A stretch of 64,000 nt of DNA. Origin: Lophium mytilinum. Its lineage: Eukaryota. Position 1 is the first letter of the stretch; every line of letters begins with the position of its first letter. This document shows positions 11,767 through 22,894 of this stretch, piece after piece. The notes beneath the pieces were generated by a model. That model saw nothing but the letters and a program-made list of their open reading frames with translations, ran no database searches and was not told the DNA's origin. The stretch covers positions 1,707,032 to 1,771,031 of the forward strand of contig MU004182.1 in assembly GCA_010093605.1 (NCBI GenBank), read 5' to 3'. A program made the position numbers and the translations under genes.

Positions 11767-14700
11767 TCATGCTGCAACTAATGGCGTTGCCTCCTTGAAC
11801 ACAGTCTCAAGATCCTCCGCAGTCACCTCGTCCTCCAACCACATCCTCGCCTTTTCGACCACCAACTCCCACGTATCCTTCTCCGCCACAGCCTTCGTCT
11901 CCAAATACAACACCACCAGCGCCGTTGCGACTACCATAGCCGCACTAATCTCATCCTTGAAAGAACCCAACGTCGCGATCCTCACCAAAAGGTCACGTGC
12001 CTTCTCTCGATCAATGCCCATACCATCGCACTCCAAGTCCTCACGACCCCACGACCCATCGAATGCCTGCTTGTGGACCAATCGCTCCAGCAACGTCTCG
12101 CCGTGCACCTTACGCTTCTTAGCCGGCTGGGCGGCCGGGCTCTTCGACCTCTTCTTCACCGCTGCATCGGCAGCCGGCGCAGGAGGAGCGAGATCCTCGG
12201 TATCGAAGAAACCAAAGCCCATATCTTCGTCAGAATAGTCCACAAGATCTTCATCCTCACTCTCTTCCTCTTCTTCCTCATCCTCGTCCACTTCAGCCTC
12301 TACGTCTGGGAGGATCTTTCGATGACGCATAGCACCCCCTACAGCCAGGCCTCTACCTCCTCTTCCCCTGCCTCCAGATGGAGTAGGAGGCGGAGGTGCA
12401 AGCGAAGTAGAAGGCGCCGATTTCCGCGCGGCCTTGCTGGCGAGCTGCTTCCGGGGCGCCGCGCCGCCGGTGGACTTGCGCGCTGTTTGTTTGGTTCTTC
12501 TACTGCCCCTTACTTGTGCTGGCATTGCTGCTAACCCACGGTTAATATCGCGATCGCAATGGAGTGTAGCACTCGCAGTAGACTTACCATTATCAGAAGA
12601 CTCGGTATCCACCATTTCGAAGCCATCGTCGTCGTCTCCCGAGGCCTGGTTCCCGATCATTTCGAGTGCCTGTTGACGCTTTGCTGCGATCTCGGCCTCG
12701 TTGGCCTCGACGGCTACGAAGGAACAGTACTTCCCTCCGACCTGGAACTGGACTCCGAGGCGGACAGCTTCGCGCTGGACAATGGCGTCGAAATGTCCGG
12801 CGTACTCGTTTCGGACGAGTTTGCCGTCTTGGCTTTCGGCCTCATAGATCCATCCGCGGCCTTCTTCGAGCTCTTGGGTTGCTTTACGAGCAGCTAGCTG
12901 ATGGATGGTAGCACCAGGGGCTTCAAGTACTTGCACTGGTATTACCAGTTCGAGTGGTCCTTGCGGGGCAGTTCCACGTAGGATTACAGACGTGGGTGCT
13001 GCGTTCGAGGTTTCCGGCGACATCAACACGTAAACAGATGTGCGGTTGAAGGGGTAAAGCGGCGGAATGATGTGAGGCGTCTGCAGCAGCTTTGGGTGCG
13101 AGATCTTTGGCAAGTGGCCGAAGCGGTCCTCGGATACGACTTTGTTTTCCTCTTCGTCTTTTTCGGCTGCGTCTGCATCGTATAGAGAGATCGGCTTGTT
13201 GCGGAGTGCATATCTCTCCGAGGAGTCTTGATTGCTGTCATCGTCTGAGAAAGCGAGGTTGAGCTTGAGACTATCAGACACCCGGTCAACAGCGTCGTCT
13301 GGGTATTTGATATCCAGAGAGTAGTCCTTGATGTGTGGGGTGAGGGCTCCTTTCAGCATGCGAACAACCTTGCCATTGATTTGCTCTCCGAACCCAACCA
13401 TTTGTGCGAACCCGTTTCCAGCGCGGGCGATGCCTTCGATGAGTGAACTGGATACTCCACTTCCGATGCCGAGAGGAAAGAGTCGCACGGCCCCGTCCCT
13501 GGTGTTATCCTTGATGTAGTCGAACAATGTCTCTTGCGACCATATGTCGCCATCAGTGAGCAGCAAGATCTCTGTCTCGAGATCTTTAGTGCGAGTCTCA
13601 AAAGCTTCTTTGATTGCTGCAAAGGTCTCCGTGCCGCCAAAATCAGCAGAGAACTTGCCGACGTACTTCATGGCTTCGTCCAGGGCGTCTTGACTATATA
13701 GCTTGCTTTGAGGCCAAAGCAGCTCGTGATGTGAGCCGAAAGAGAGGATATTGAACCTTACGCCCACTGGGAGGGACTTCAGAAAAACCTGTAATGCAGA
13801 GATCAAAGTCTTCATGGAACTACCAGACATACTCCCGGACCTATCGGCAATGAAAACGATCTCGGGTTTGGATGGCTTGAGTGCGAACTTGGGTACCAGA
13901 CTGAGCATCAATGCGCGGTGGTTCGGGATGGATGAGTGGGTCTCCAAGAGGGCCTGTGGTGCTCCGACGTCTTTAGCGACTACCTGAAGGACGAAGTCGG
14001 CATCTAACTCTGTTTCTCCGAGAGCTAGAGTAGCCGAGGCCTTATTGGAGCTGAATAGTGCGTCACTAGGCGACGTTGACAAGGTGCCAAGAGATACAGC
14101 GATAGGGTGAGTTGGAGACTGAATCTTCTGAAGCGGAGCATCCTCGGACATTGTGATGTCGACTGTGATAGAGATCCCGCCCCCGGAAAGAGTAGATGCA
14201 GAAATAAGTTGACCAGGGTAATTTCCGTAGCGAGGGGCGATAGAGGTTGGCAGCGTGTAACGAATCCCATCAACCTCGGCGTCGTGCTTGAGCTCTCCGA
14301 TATACGTGATGGTCACCACGACCTGAGAGTCCCCCGGGATGTTACCAATCGTCGTAATGAACACGTCGGCAGCGTCAGGTAGTTGCTCCAAGAGCGCAGC
14401 CTTTTCTCCACGCTTCACCGCTTCGTTGTAAGCTTTCTTAGCTTCGTCCTTTTCCTTGACTAACCCATAGACGGTGCGGTCCCCGACCTGGCACTTGAAG
14501 TCCACTACACTGACGCCATCAAAGAGTGGAAAGGCGTATCTAAAGCTATTAGCAAGACTGACAATGTGTGAATAGGGATATCCTGCTTACTTGATTTCGT
14601 CAATCGGTCTCGCCGCTTCGAAGGTTTGCGTTAAAACAGTACTGAAAGCAGTAGATAAGATGGTCGTATGTGCATCTAGATGCGTCTGCGGAAGGTAGAC

Positions 14701-14805
14701 CCGCGTTGACCCTCCGGATGGCGTAGGTTGGAGAAAGTAGCAACTGCAAATGTGCCCGCCATAACGTAGCAAGCCACCACGAGGTGGTTCTTTAGTCCGG
14801 GCCAT
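11767..14805 (-). CDS. VIT + von Willebrand A domain protein (VWA5A/PARP4-C-like, about 995 aa) with a histone H3/H4-tail and P-stalk mimic linker
   Basis: Exon1 14805-14591, intron 14590-14540, exon2 14539-11767. VIT ([26 protein letters not shown]), vWA MIDAS ([16 protein letters not shown]), C-terminal helical domain ([29 protein letters not shown]). TATAAA near 14916-14921. Confidence 0.92.
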
Positions 14806-17215
14806 GATGGGTAAGTCGAATCAAAGGAGGAGGACTGGAGAGTTGAGAGACACTGGTTGAGTGCTTTCAGGTTGTGGAGAGACAAGGAGTTCGTTGGGGT
14901 GGGCAGTGCACATGGCTTTATACCCCTCAGCCCTGTCTCGCGTAGTTGCCTAGGGCAATTTTCCGACCACACTACTGGTCATCCAGGTTTGCATCATATC
15001 AAAGAGAGGTGTGACTCATAGAAAATGCGCCAATTTCATGACCTGATGCAGACTGCCAATGCTAGGATTCTGCACCATGATGCGGTTGATAATACTGTCC
15101 TTGGCCTCTTAGTCAGGGGGCCATGCTCTCACCCCCCCTCACCACTCTCACCATCCGCACCGCGCCACCTACAGAAGGATTGGAGATTATGACGAAAGAG
15201 AACGGTTTGAGACTTGAGGGAAAATAGAAGATATGTTTTGTCTATCTGTAAGGACTGGTGGGTAGATACACGCATGTGCATTAAAACCCTCTGTCTTGGT
15301 TTGCCGGTGCATGAAGACGCGCAATATCTTACCCCGAGCCGAGAACTTATACCTCCGTTTGTGCTGATTGAATCTCTATGCTTTTGACATGGAGATAGCC
15401 CTTCGTAGCCTAGTTTACCACAAGCTAAAGGCACAATCCTTTCCATCGCGGTTGACGTCTTTGAGAAATTTCGGTACTTAGTCTACTCTGTACCCTCTTC
15501 ATTTAATGGGAGAAACTTCACTGTATCAATATCAAGGTTGTGGCTGTCTGTACAGAGATGGATAGAACGTAGAGCATTTGGTGAGGTGAGGAGAAGTCAT
15601 GGCGCTATGCCTCAGCAGGACTAGTCCAACCAGCACGTGCAGTCTGAGAGTCATCCCAAACGTTCACGAAAACATGATCGTCACTTTAGGAGTAAGGGGG
15701 GCTCTTATTTTAGAGCATTCGAATTCAACTAAAAGGTCAACGGGTGATGTAGATGGCATATTGTTGTTTGGAAATATAGTCACGTGCTCGTCACATACTC
15801 CTCCTCTAACCTTTAAGGATTTCACATCATTCTTGTATCAAACTGTAACGAAGCCTTTGAACTATTCGAGGGCTTAAAGGCAGCCATTACAGCGAAATAT
15901 TCTACAGCAAGCCTTTTGGGAAAAGAGCTACTTATTTCATATCTCACACTAATAGTAATTCACGATACAAAATACATAGCACCCCCTCCCCGTTACCTCT
16001 CACCGTTGAAGAGAGCCAAAACAAACGCGTGTTCCGTAGCCGTTAGCGATGCGCCGCCAACGTGCCGTCCTGTTAATCCTCCATACGCTTAGCTTTGCAT
16101 CAGCGCCTCTCTACGCCGCAGCACCATCACCGACATCATTTCTTTGCCGCTTCAACAAATCCTTCCCTCCAACTCCAATAACAAGCACCTGCGCATAAAG
16201 CATTTGTGGCCCTTGCACGACCACCCCTGTAGTGAAATCCTTCAATCCGCGGTCCAGGGTCCCAATCCTTCGACAAAGCGATAGTTAGGGTTATACGTTG
16301 CCGTTGCCGTTGCAATGGATCCTGGTTCCTGGTCACATTGGAAGAGGCGTGGGATCCTCCGCGGTTACTCCAGGATGCCTGGAACCGGAGAAAGCTGAAA
16401 CTACACTAGAGTGCCGACTACACGCTAAAGAAATCCAAGGTCGACAAATGGACTATAAGATTACATCGAAAACACTTCTACAAAATAGCCAAATTTTCCA
16501 GCTCGGAGTCAGGAAGTGCGTGGGCAGCGTGATGGTAACACAACCTGGAGCTAGTAGCGGTAGGGTAAAACAATCAGCTGTTAACCCGGAAGCAGTCCTA
16601 ACGTTCTAAGCTCTATAATGCACAGACAAACGAGTCCGGCATGGAGATAGATTAGCTAAGCACTTCGAATATTTGCTAGACAGCTATTCAAGACCCCATC
16701 GAACAGGCTATGTAAAGCTGCTAACCCCGAAAAGCCATATATGCAACGAAAGCAACGTGAACGGCATCACAAGGTGCATAATTGCAAACGGAATAAACGT
16801 TCTATGCGTGACAGCAGGTCGGTTCGCTCTTTCGTCCCTCTCTTCGCCTTCAAAGGCGACGCAGCCTCATAGCTGCATCGTTCCATTTCGATGCCTGTGC
16901 GTACTTTACACTTGAGATGGTAGATGATATATGCGAAAGGATGCTCTCATACTGATATATAGGATCCGAATATGGCGCTTCGTAAGTTTGTCTGTTGCAA
17001 GTCAGTCATTGCTCACTGCTGAAAGGGCACACAAAGGTATACTCACAAGTTTTCGATCCGCGAACAGTCATAGAGCCTGGTCCTTAACCATCCACACTGT
17101 CGGAAGATTCTTTCGCTGTATACGATGATGTGCTTGCGGATGCTCATCCCTTCTAGCCCTGAAATTGAGTGGAGGAACAACAGGGAAAGGAGAGAATAGA
17201 TCCTCCATAACTCTC

Positions 17216-20038
17216 TCATGGCTGCAAGGGAATCGGGTTTTGTGCCATGGCATATACAGTCGTCTGTACCGATGTTACCGTCGTCCAGACAAGACTGATC
17301 TTCCTCAACAGGCTCGCAAAGCGCCCCATAAGCTCCTCGTTATTCGCGCGATAGAGCCTGAGGTCTTTACCACGGGTAGCAGCCGAGTCCTCCATATCTA
17401 GCTTGGCGGATGTCGGCGTTGTATGCGTGCCCGCATAGGCCCACACAACAACGGCAGCGTGAAGCAGCGCGACGTTGGAGAGAATGTTGAAGCTGGCGCG
17501 GCTATCCAATGGCCGCTCTGCTTCCGTCATGATCAAAGACCAAGTAGCGCACGCATGCTCAGTCGCATCCCATGCGTCTGTAGTTGTCGACCATCGGTAA
17601 ACGGCTTCGAGGGACGAGTATTGGGGTTCTCCCTTGACGACATCGAGAAATAGTCGGTGAATGGTAGGAAGATCTGATCGCAACTGTATGAAGCTGAGGT
17701 TGTATAGGAGGTGGCTTGCTAAAAGTGTGTCGCGATGATGTGCTATATGCAAACGGGTCGAGTTAGCTACCATGGCCCGCTTCCATTTTCTCAGAGCACT
17801 CAAGATTCTGTTGTAGTCGTTGCGCAGATCGCTCATATGACGGCGAGAGTGATCCAGCAAGTCGATGCGGCCAGTCTCTCGTCTGCTTAGCCATAAGTCC
17901 GAGTCGGCGATTTGCTTCTGGCTCATAGGGGATGCCGGACTCGCTGACGACCGCTCGTTGGAAGTATCGTATGAGCGCTCTGACGTCGAGCGGTCACTGG
18001 AGTTTGGAGTCGCGCCAAGACGAGACATCAGACCTGGGTCGTGACTGAAGCGCCAGACTTGTATGTTTAAGCCAAAGAGAAGCAATTCCAGGTGGTGTGG
18101 AGAGAGCACTGGTAGCTCCTCTTCTTGTTCTAGTGCTATGTTTACTAGGTCGCAGTACACGTACGAAGGCTGCTCGTCTACCAGGTGTAATAGCTCCTGC
18201 GCTAATTGTTGCTCTCCTCCGCATTGGTCGAACAACGCATTTGGGCAGGGGAGGCGCATTTTGATTTCCTCAAACGATACCAGAGGGCGCGTGCCGAGCA
18301 GGATGCTAATGAAGACCTCCAATCGGAGGATACCAAATGCGAGACGTTTGCGGGATTCGCACTTGATCCATCGTCGAACCAAGTCATCAATTGGCTTCCC
18401 AGAGTTTTTACGTTCAGTCAATGCGGGAATGATGTCCTCGCTCTCGCCGAAGAGGTTCATTTTTCGGGCGAGAGAAACAACAATACTGCCAAGTTGCTGG
18501 GCTGTTGAGAAGGCTCTGCGATGTCCGAAGTAAAGGGTTGCAGACTGGATCTGAACAAGAGACTGGCAAAGAGACTCGTCGGGAAGAGACTGTTTGAAGC
18601 TGGCCATGACAAAAGCCATACGCAGGCCGTCTAGCATTTGAAGATGAAAATTTGCAGCCGCCTTGCTAGCGTAGACCGCACCGATCGCGCTCAGGGTAAT
18701 GTAAAGATGCGGATGTATGTCGTTGTAGGCAAGGTCATGTCTCCAGAACATAGGCCAAAGGGGATGGAAGTTCTCCAGAAAGAGCTTAATAAAGTATTCG
18801 AAAATGTGGCTAGATGGCCCATCGGCGGGTAGTATCCCTTGTAGATCGAAGGCTTGTTCAACTTTGATTGCAGCGACTCGCCAAAACCGAGCACGATCGC
18901 AAATGCCATCTGCCGAATCTGTCAACTCAAAACATTTATGTATGAGCCACGTCTTCGTCTGCTCCTGAGCAAGATGGCCCTCGACTGGTGTCCCATCCTC
19001 ATCGAGCGCGCCGGCAGTACGAGCGTTGGATGAAGGTGTGGTGGTGCCTGTGGAATTAGATATGATTTTGTCAAGCTCAAAAGGGCAGTTAGACATGTCA
19101 GGCTCGTGCGAAGAAGCAGATGGTTGGGCGGCCTGTCTCTCCCGAGAAACAACAGGGGGTAATGAGTGCAACGGTGGTGGTATGGTGTGCTGTGGGGTCA
19201 GCGATGACGGGTGCACGTTCTGGGGTGTCGACCCCATTGAGGAGTGCCATGTGGTGGCTGGTGTGTCAGAAGCAATCGTAGATTCCCACGGCATTCTAGT
19301 CTGCAGGGTAGCCGTTGTTGCAGGTGTCAAGAGCTGAGATTGGTCGTCCCATCCAGGGTCCTGTGAGAGATACATAGCCTCGTGTAACCATGGCCACGCA
19401 GCGTTCTGGGACCAGAGCTCGCCTGTCCATGCAGAAGACAGGGCTAACTCGGGCGTCCAATCCATCTGGTGCGAAGCGTCCGCATTTAGCATTTGAGCCG
19501 GGGATGTCACGTTAGAATTCGGGAATGGACCCACGCCTCCTGCAACGAAGGGACCAATGGATTGGCCAGCTTCACTGGGCATGCCGAATGAGCTCTTTGG
19601 CGGCGAGATGGGGCCACCGGGGAACAAGGTGGTCGAGGCGTCTGATATCGCGCGATCACGATCCCTGTACTGGCAGCGATAGTCGCCGCGAGCACATCTG
19701 GTGCAAGGGACGAGGCGATCGCACTTGATCTTGAGCTGGGAGCACCGCACGCAGGCGCGGTTGTCCCGCCGCCGCGGCTTTGAGGCCTCTCGCGACGAAC
19801 TGCGCTCGTGAATCTGCATGTGGCGGTCGAGCAGGTCCTTGCGCTTGAAGCCAGCCTGGCAGATGCGGCACACGTGATCATTGCTGTTGGAGTGGTTCTT
19901 GCGATGCCGGTTCAGCGTCTCGACGGCCTTGTAGCCTCGACTGCACTCGGGGCAGTAGAAGCGCGGCGAGCTGGGCGGGCCTCCATTGACGCCCGCAGCA
20001 GACGGGTCGGACGACGAGTGGCGGTCCATGTCGTCCAT
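17216..20038 (-). CDS. Fungal transcription factor: two C2H2 fingers + Zn(II)2Cys6 cluster + fungal-specific TF domain
   Basis: CPECSRGYKAVETLNRHRKNH, CRICQAGFKRKDLLDRHMQIH, CVRCSQLKIKCDRLVPCTRCARGDYRC, FLENFHPLWP, WIKCESRKRLAF. Start codon uncertain; the ORF is open to 20143. Confidence 0.92.
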   Translation of the reverse strand: MDDMDRHSSSDPSAAGVNGGPPSSPRFYCPECSRGYKAVETLNRHRKNHSNSNDHVCRICQAGFKRKDLLDRHMQIHERSSSREASKPRRRDNRACVRCSQLKIKCDRLVPCTRCARGDYRCQYRDRDRAISDASTTLFPGGPISPPKSSFGMPSEAGQSIGPFVAGGVGPFPNSNVTSPAQMLNADASHQMDWTPELALSSAWTGELWSQNAAWPWLHEAMYLSQDPGWDDQSQLLTPATTATLQTRMPWESTIASDTPATTWHSSMGSTPQNVHPSSLTPQHTIPPPLHSLPPVVSRERQAAQPSASSHEPDMSNCPFELDKIISNSTGTTTPSSNARTAGALDEDGTPVEGHLAQEQTKTWLIHKCFELTDSADGICDRARFWRVAAIKVEQAFDLQGILPADGPSSHIFEYFIKLFLENFHPLWPMFWRHDLAYNDIHPHLYITLSAIGAVYASKAAANFHLQMLDGLRMAFVMASFKQSLPDESLCQSLVQIQSATLYFGHRRAFSTAQQLGSIVVSLARKMNLFGESEDIIPALTERKNSGKPIDDLVRRWIKCESRKRLAFGILRLEVFISILLGTRPLVSFEEIKMRLPCPNALFDQCGGEQQLAQELLHLVDEQPSYVYCDLVNIALEQEEELPVLSPHHLELLLFGLNIQVWRFSHDPGLMSRLGATPNSSDRSTSERSYDTSNERSSASPASPMSQKQIADSDLWLSRRETGRIDLLDHSRRHMSDLRNDYNRILSALRKWKRAMVANSTRLHIAHHRDTLLASHLLYNLSFIQLRSDLPTIHRLFLDVVKGEPQYSSLEAVYRWSTTTDAWDATEHACATWSLIMTEAERPLDSRASFNILSNVALLHAAVVVWAYAGTHTTPTSAKLDMEDSAATRGKDLRLYRANNEELMGRFASLLRKISLVWTTVTSVQTTVYAMAQNPIPLQP

Positions 20039-22894
20039 GGCGGACGCGGCGGAGGTGGTTTGGGCGATATGTACGGAGGGTGAAGTAGTCTGCATGCAGT
20101 GGGGGCCGCAGCGGGAGGATGGCGATAACACCCCGCTTCTCAACGGTCGATGCGCCCAGGCGGGTGCTGTGCTGCGTGTCGCGCTGGGAACAGGTGCTCT
20201 CGCGTCGTGGGTCGTGGTGTTGCACGATCGTCGGCTTAGAATAGGCGGACTACTGCAGCGTTACCATAGCCGCAGGCGGTGAAGCATGTCGTGACAGGTT
20301 GAGGTCTGTAGCGTTGAGAGATGGATCCCGACGAGACGGTCGGAGTACAGGTGGTTGGGAGGCAGAGTGGATGGCTTGCAGGTGGGGCCGGAGAGAGGAG
20401 ATGGCCGTGTCGTGGTCATGGAAGTGGTCATGGAAGGGCTTCCTGGCCGGCGCTTCCGAGTGTTTATCTACTCAACGAGCCTGGGGGAGGGGCGGGTACG
20501 CGTTCGAGGGGCGCGGGATGGCAGGCCTCGTGCTGGCAGCGCTGTCGCAGGCTTGCCGTCCGGCCTCGATGTTGAAGATGCTGTGGGCGCCTTAGGTAGC
20601 TTGGCAACACGGGAAACGCCATCAGCCACCCATGACGCCCTGCCTGAAGGATGTGCGAGGGTTCCGGGGCCGTTTGAAAAGGCAGCCTATCACCATGCGT
20701 CACCGCGCTTCCATTGCGGCGAAGGATTCCTGATGAAACGCCGCCTCTGCTGCCGCCCTCTCTCCGCCAAGCCCTGCGGTGCTTCCCACTGATATCAACC
20801 ACGGACTAGCACAATCAGGCGAAGACTGCAGTCGTATCCCACACCTAATTAGCACATCGTGCAGTGAACGCCAGCGTGCATCCAAGCTGGTGGTAGACTT
20901 CCGCAAGCTTACCCTGGGGAAGGATCTCGATCGCCTGGAAAGGGGCAGGCATCAGCACCGCCGATTCGACTGCAGACAGTGCAAGGATGCGCTCCGTAGT
21001 CAACGACAGGCTGTAACATTCTACAGATACTCAATATTCTAGTATTCCTATTCGAGAATATCGCGCAAGCAACGCAATTGTCCAGACACGACTGCGCCGC
21101 CGCTCTCGCCGTATGCCGCGTGAACCTGCCATAACCGCCGTCTCGACGAGCAACCTGTGTACTTCCAGGCGCGAAAGACCAGCAACCCCTTGCCTCAACA
21201 TGCGAAACAATCGTGCACTCCTCCTGTGGCAATTTGGAGATGCCTGGGCGCGCCAGTTGGTCCCAATGGTCTTCGAATTCAAGTGTGCGAGCGGCCAGGA
21301 ATAGTTCAGGACTCTAGCTGCCACCGCCCGCTAGTTTGCTGTGCCTTAAATATTGCCCAGGCTAGATCTCGCCATCTAGACTACCCAGAGCATCCTAACG
21401 AGGTGACCAAGGTTGAGTTAAGGTTCGTATCTACCAAGATTTAGTGTGGGTCTTCGATATGGTCGAGTCTCACGTGACCGACCCGCTAGCATAGGCGCTA
21501 TTCCTACCTAGTCCATCCCCTTCTCTCGCTAGACAGCGGATAACTTCTCGCATGCTTCAGAGCTGTAAGTTCCTATATGAAGGGGTAAACAGCCGTTTGT
21601 GCACCGGTCTCACCCTTTGACTTCAATAGTCATATGTGTTAATATTAACGCGTAAAGGGCACCAGACGACCAGTGGCCCGCTTTGGGGTACGTGGGGGCC
21701 AGTCGTTGAGTTCTGGAGAAGTTGCAGTAAGGGGGGATCTCTCCAACGCATCCCCGGAACACAGGTGGCAAACATGCGCGACTGTCAATGTCACAAAACG
21801 GCACACTGCCAAGGCTCTCCGCAGTGGCGATGGCCATATTCTTTGCTGGTCGTAGAGTTGCCTGAGTGCAAGAATAAGCAGGGTTCTACTCCAACAGGCA
21901 CACTATCTCTATTCGTGGCAATCGATACAGTCCTTGGCCATCGGGAAAACTCGCCGCACCGAGGAACGACGAACCGTAAGAGGAAGATCACGCGCAATGC
22001 TTCATCCTGCAAGACTCTCACGATTGAGGTTGCTGCGAGTGACGTGCTATGTAATTATTGACTACGCCTCGCCGCCGCGTCAGTCTGCACAGATATGCAA
22101 ATATATCCCCTTCCTGACGCCGCAACTGCACGAGGCTCGTACTCCATGTGCCAATAACATCGCTATTAGCGTCCTCTAGATATAGATGGCGGCCGTGCGC
22201 ACGGCGAGGTGCCGCTAAACGTGGGCGCCGAATCCTTACCTCGTATCCTCGCGAGCGAATCGCTCCGTCAAGCCACCTCGATCGACCTCAGGGCTGCACC
22301 TCTGTGGCTCCCATCGCCATCTTGGCGGAAGCTTCACACGAATACGACCTGTGGTACCCTCCCATCTTCTTCTCCTCTGTCGTTCCATTTGTTCACTATT
22401 TGCGGGTGCCACTTCTCCTGCAGCACACTTCTCCTCGTCTCTTATCACGCCGTGTGGTATTTGCAACTGTCTCCTTAACATTGCATGCATTGTCCTATGT
22501 GGCATTCTCGACAGCTTCTCCTAGAGCCTCCAGCTGATGCAAGGAGATGGCGCGCCGGGAGAGCAACCTTGAAACGGGCAATCCCCCGCGTGAGCTCTGC
22601 AGCATGGCGTCCTGCATCATAGCATGGCCCTCTGCATGTCCTCTAGAATTTGGCCTATTAGGTGCGCGGAGTAGATATCTCATAGCGGAAATGTTTTCCT
22701 GCGGCGGAGGTAGGTGGGTTATGGAAGATATCCATAGACGCTAACATCTAACCCTCTACCTCGCCTCCTAATTCGCTTCCCTTGGATTACACGCGACGCA
22801 AACAGGTAGCTGCGACAGTAGAACGAAGGAAAGTTTGATGCTCGCATTAGTGTCTACAATAGCATCACGATAACATGTTCAGATGCTTTCGATT

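Noticed and set aside
12142..12180. Histone H2B-tail mimic ([13 protein letters not shown])
   Set aside because: Only KKRSK matches. It is too short and is adequately explained as part of an NLS.
12304..12498. Separate histone H3/H4 genes or pseudogenes
   Set aside because: There is no histone fold and no own start codon. Both tails are in frame inside the continuous VIT-vWA ORF, whose C-terminal domain follows.
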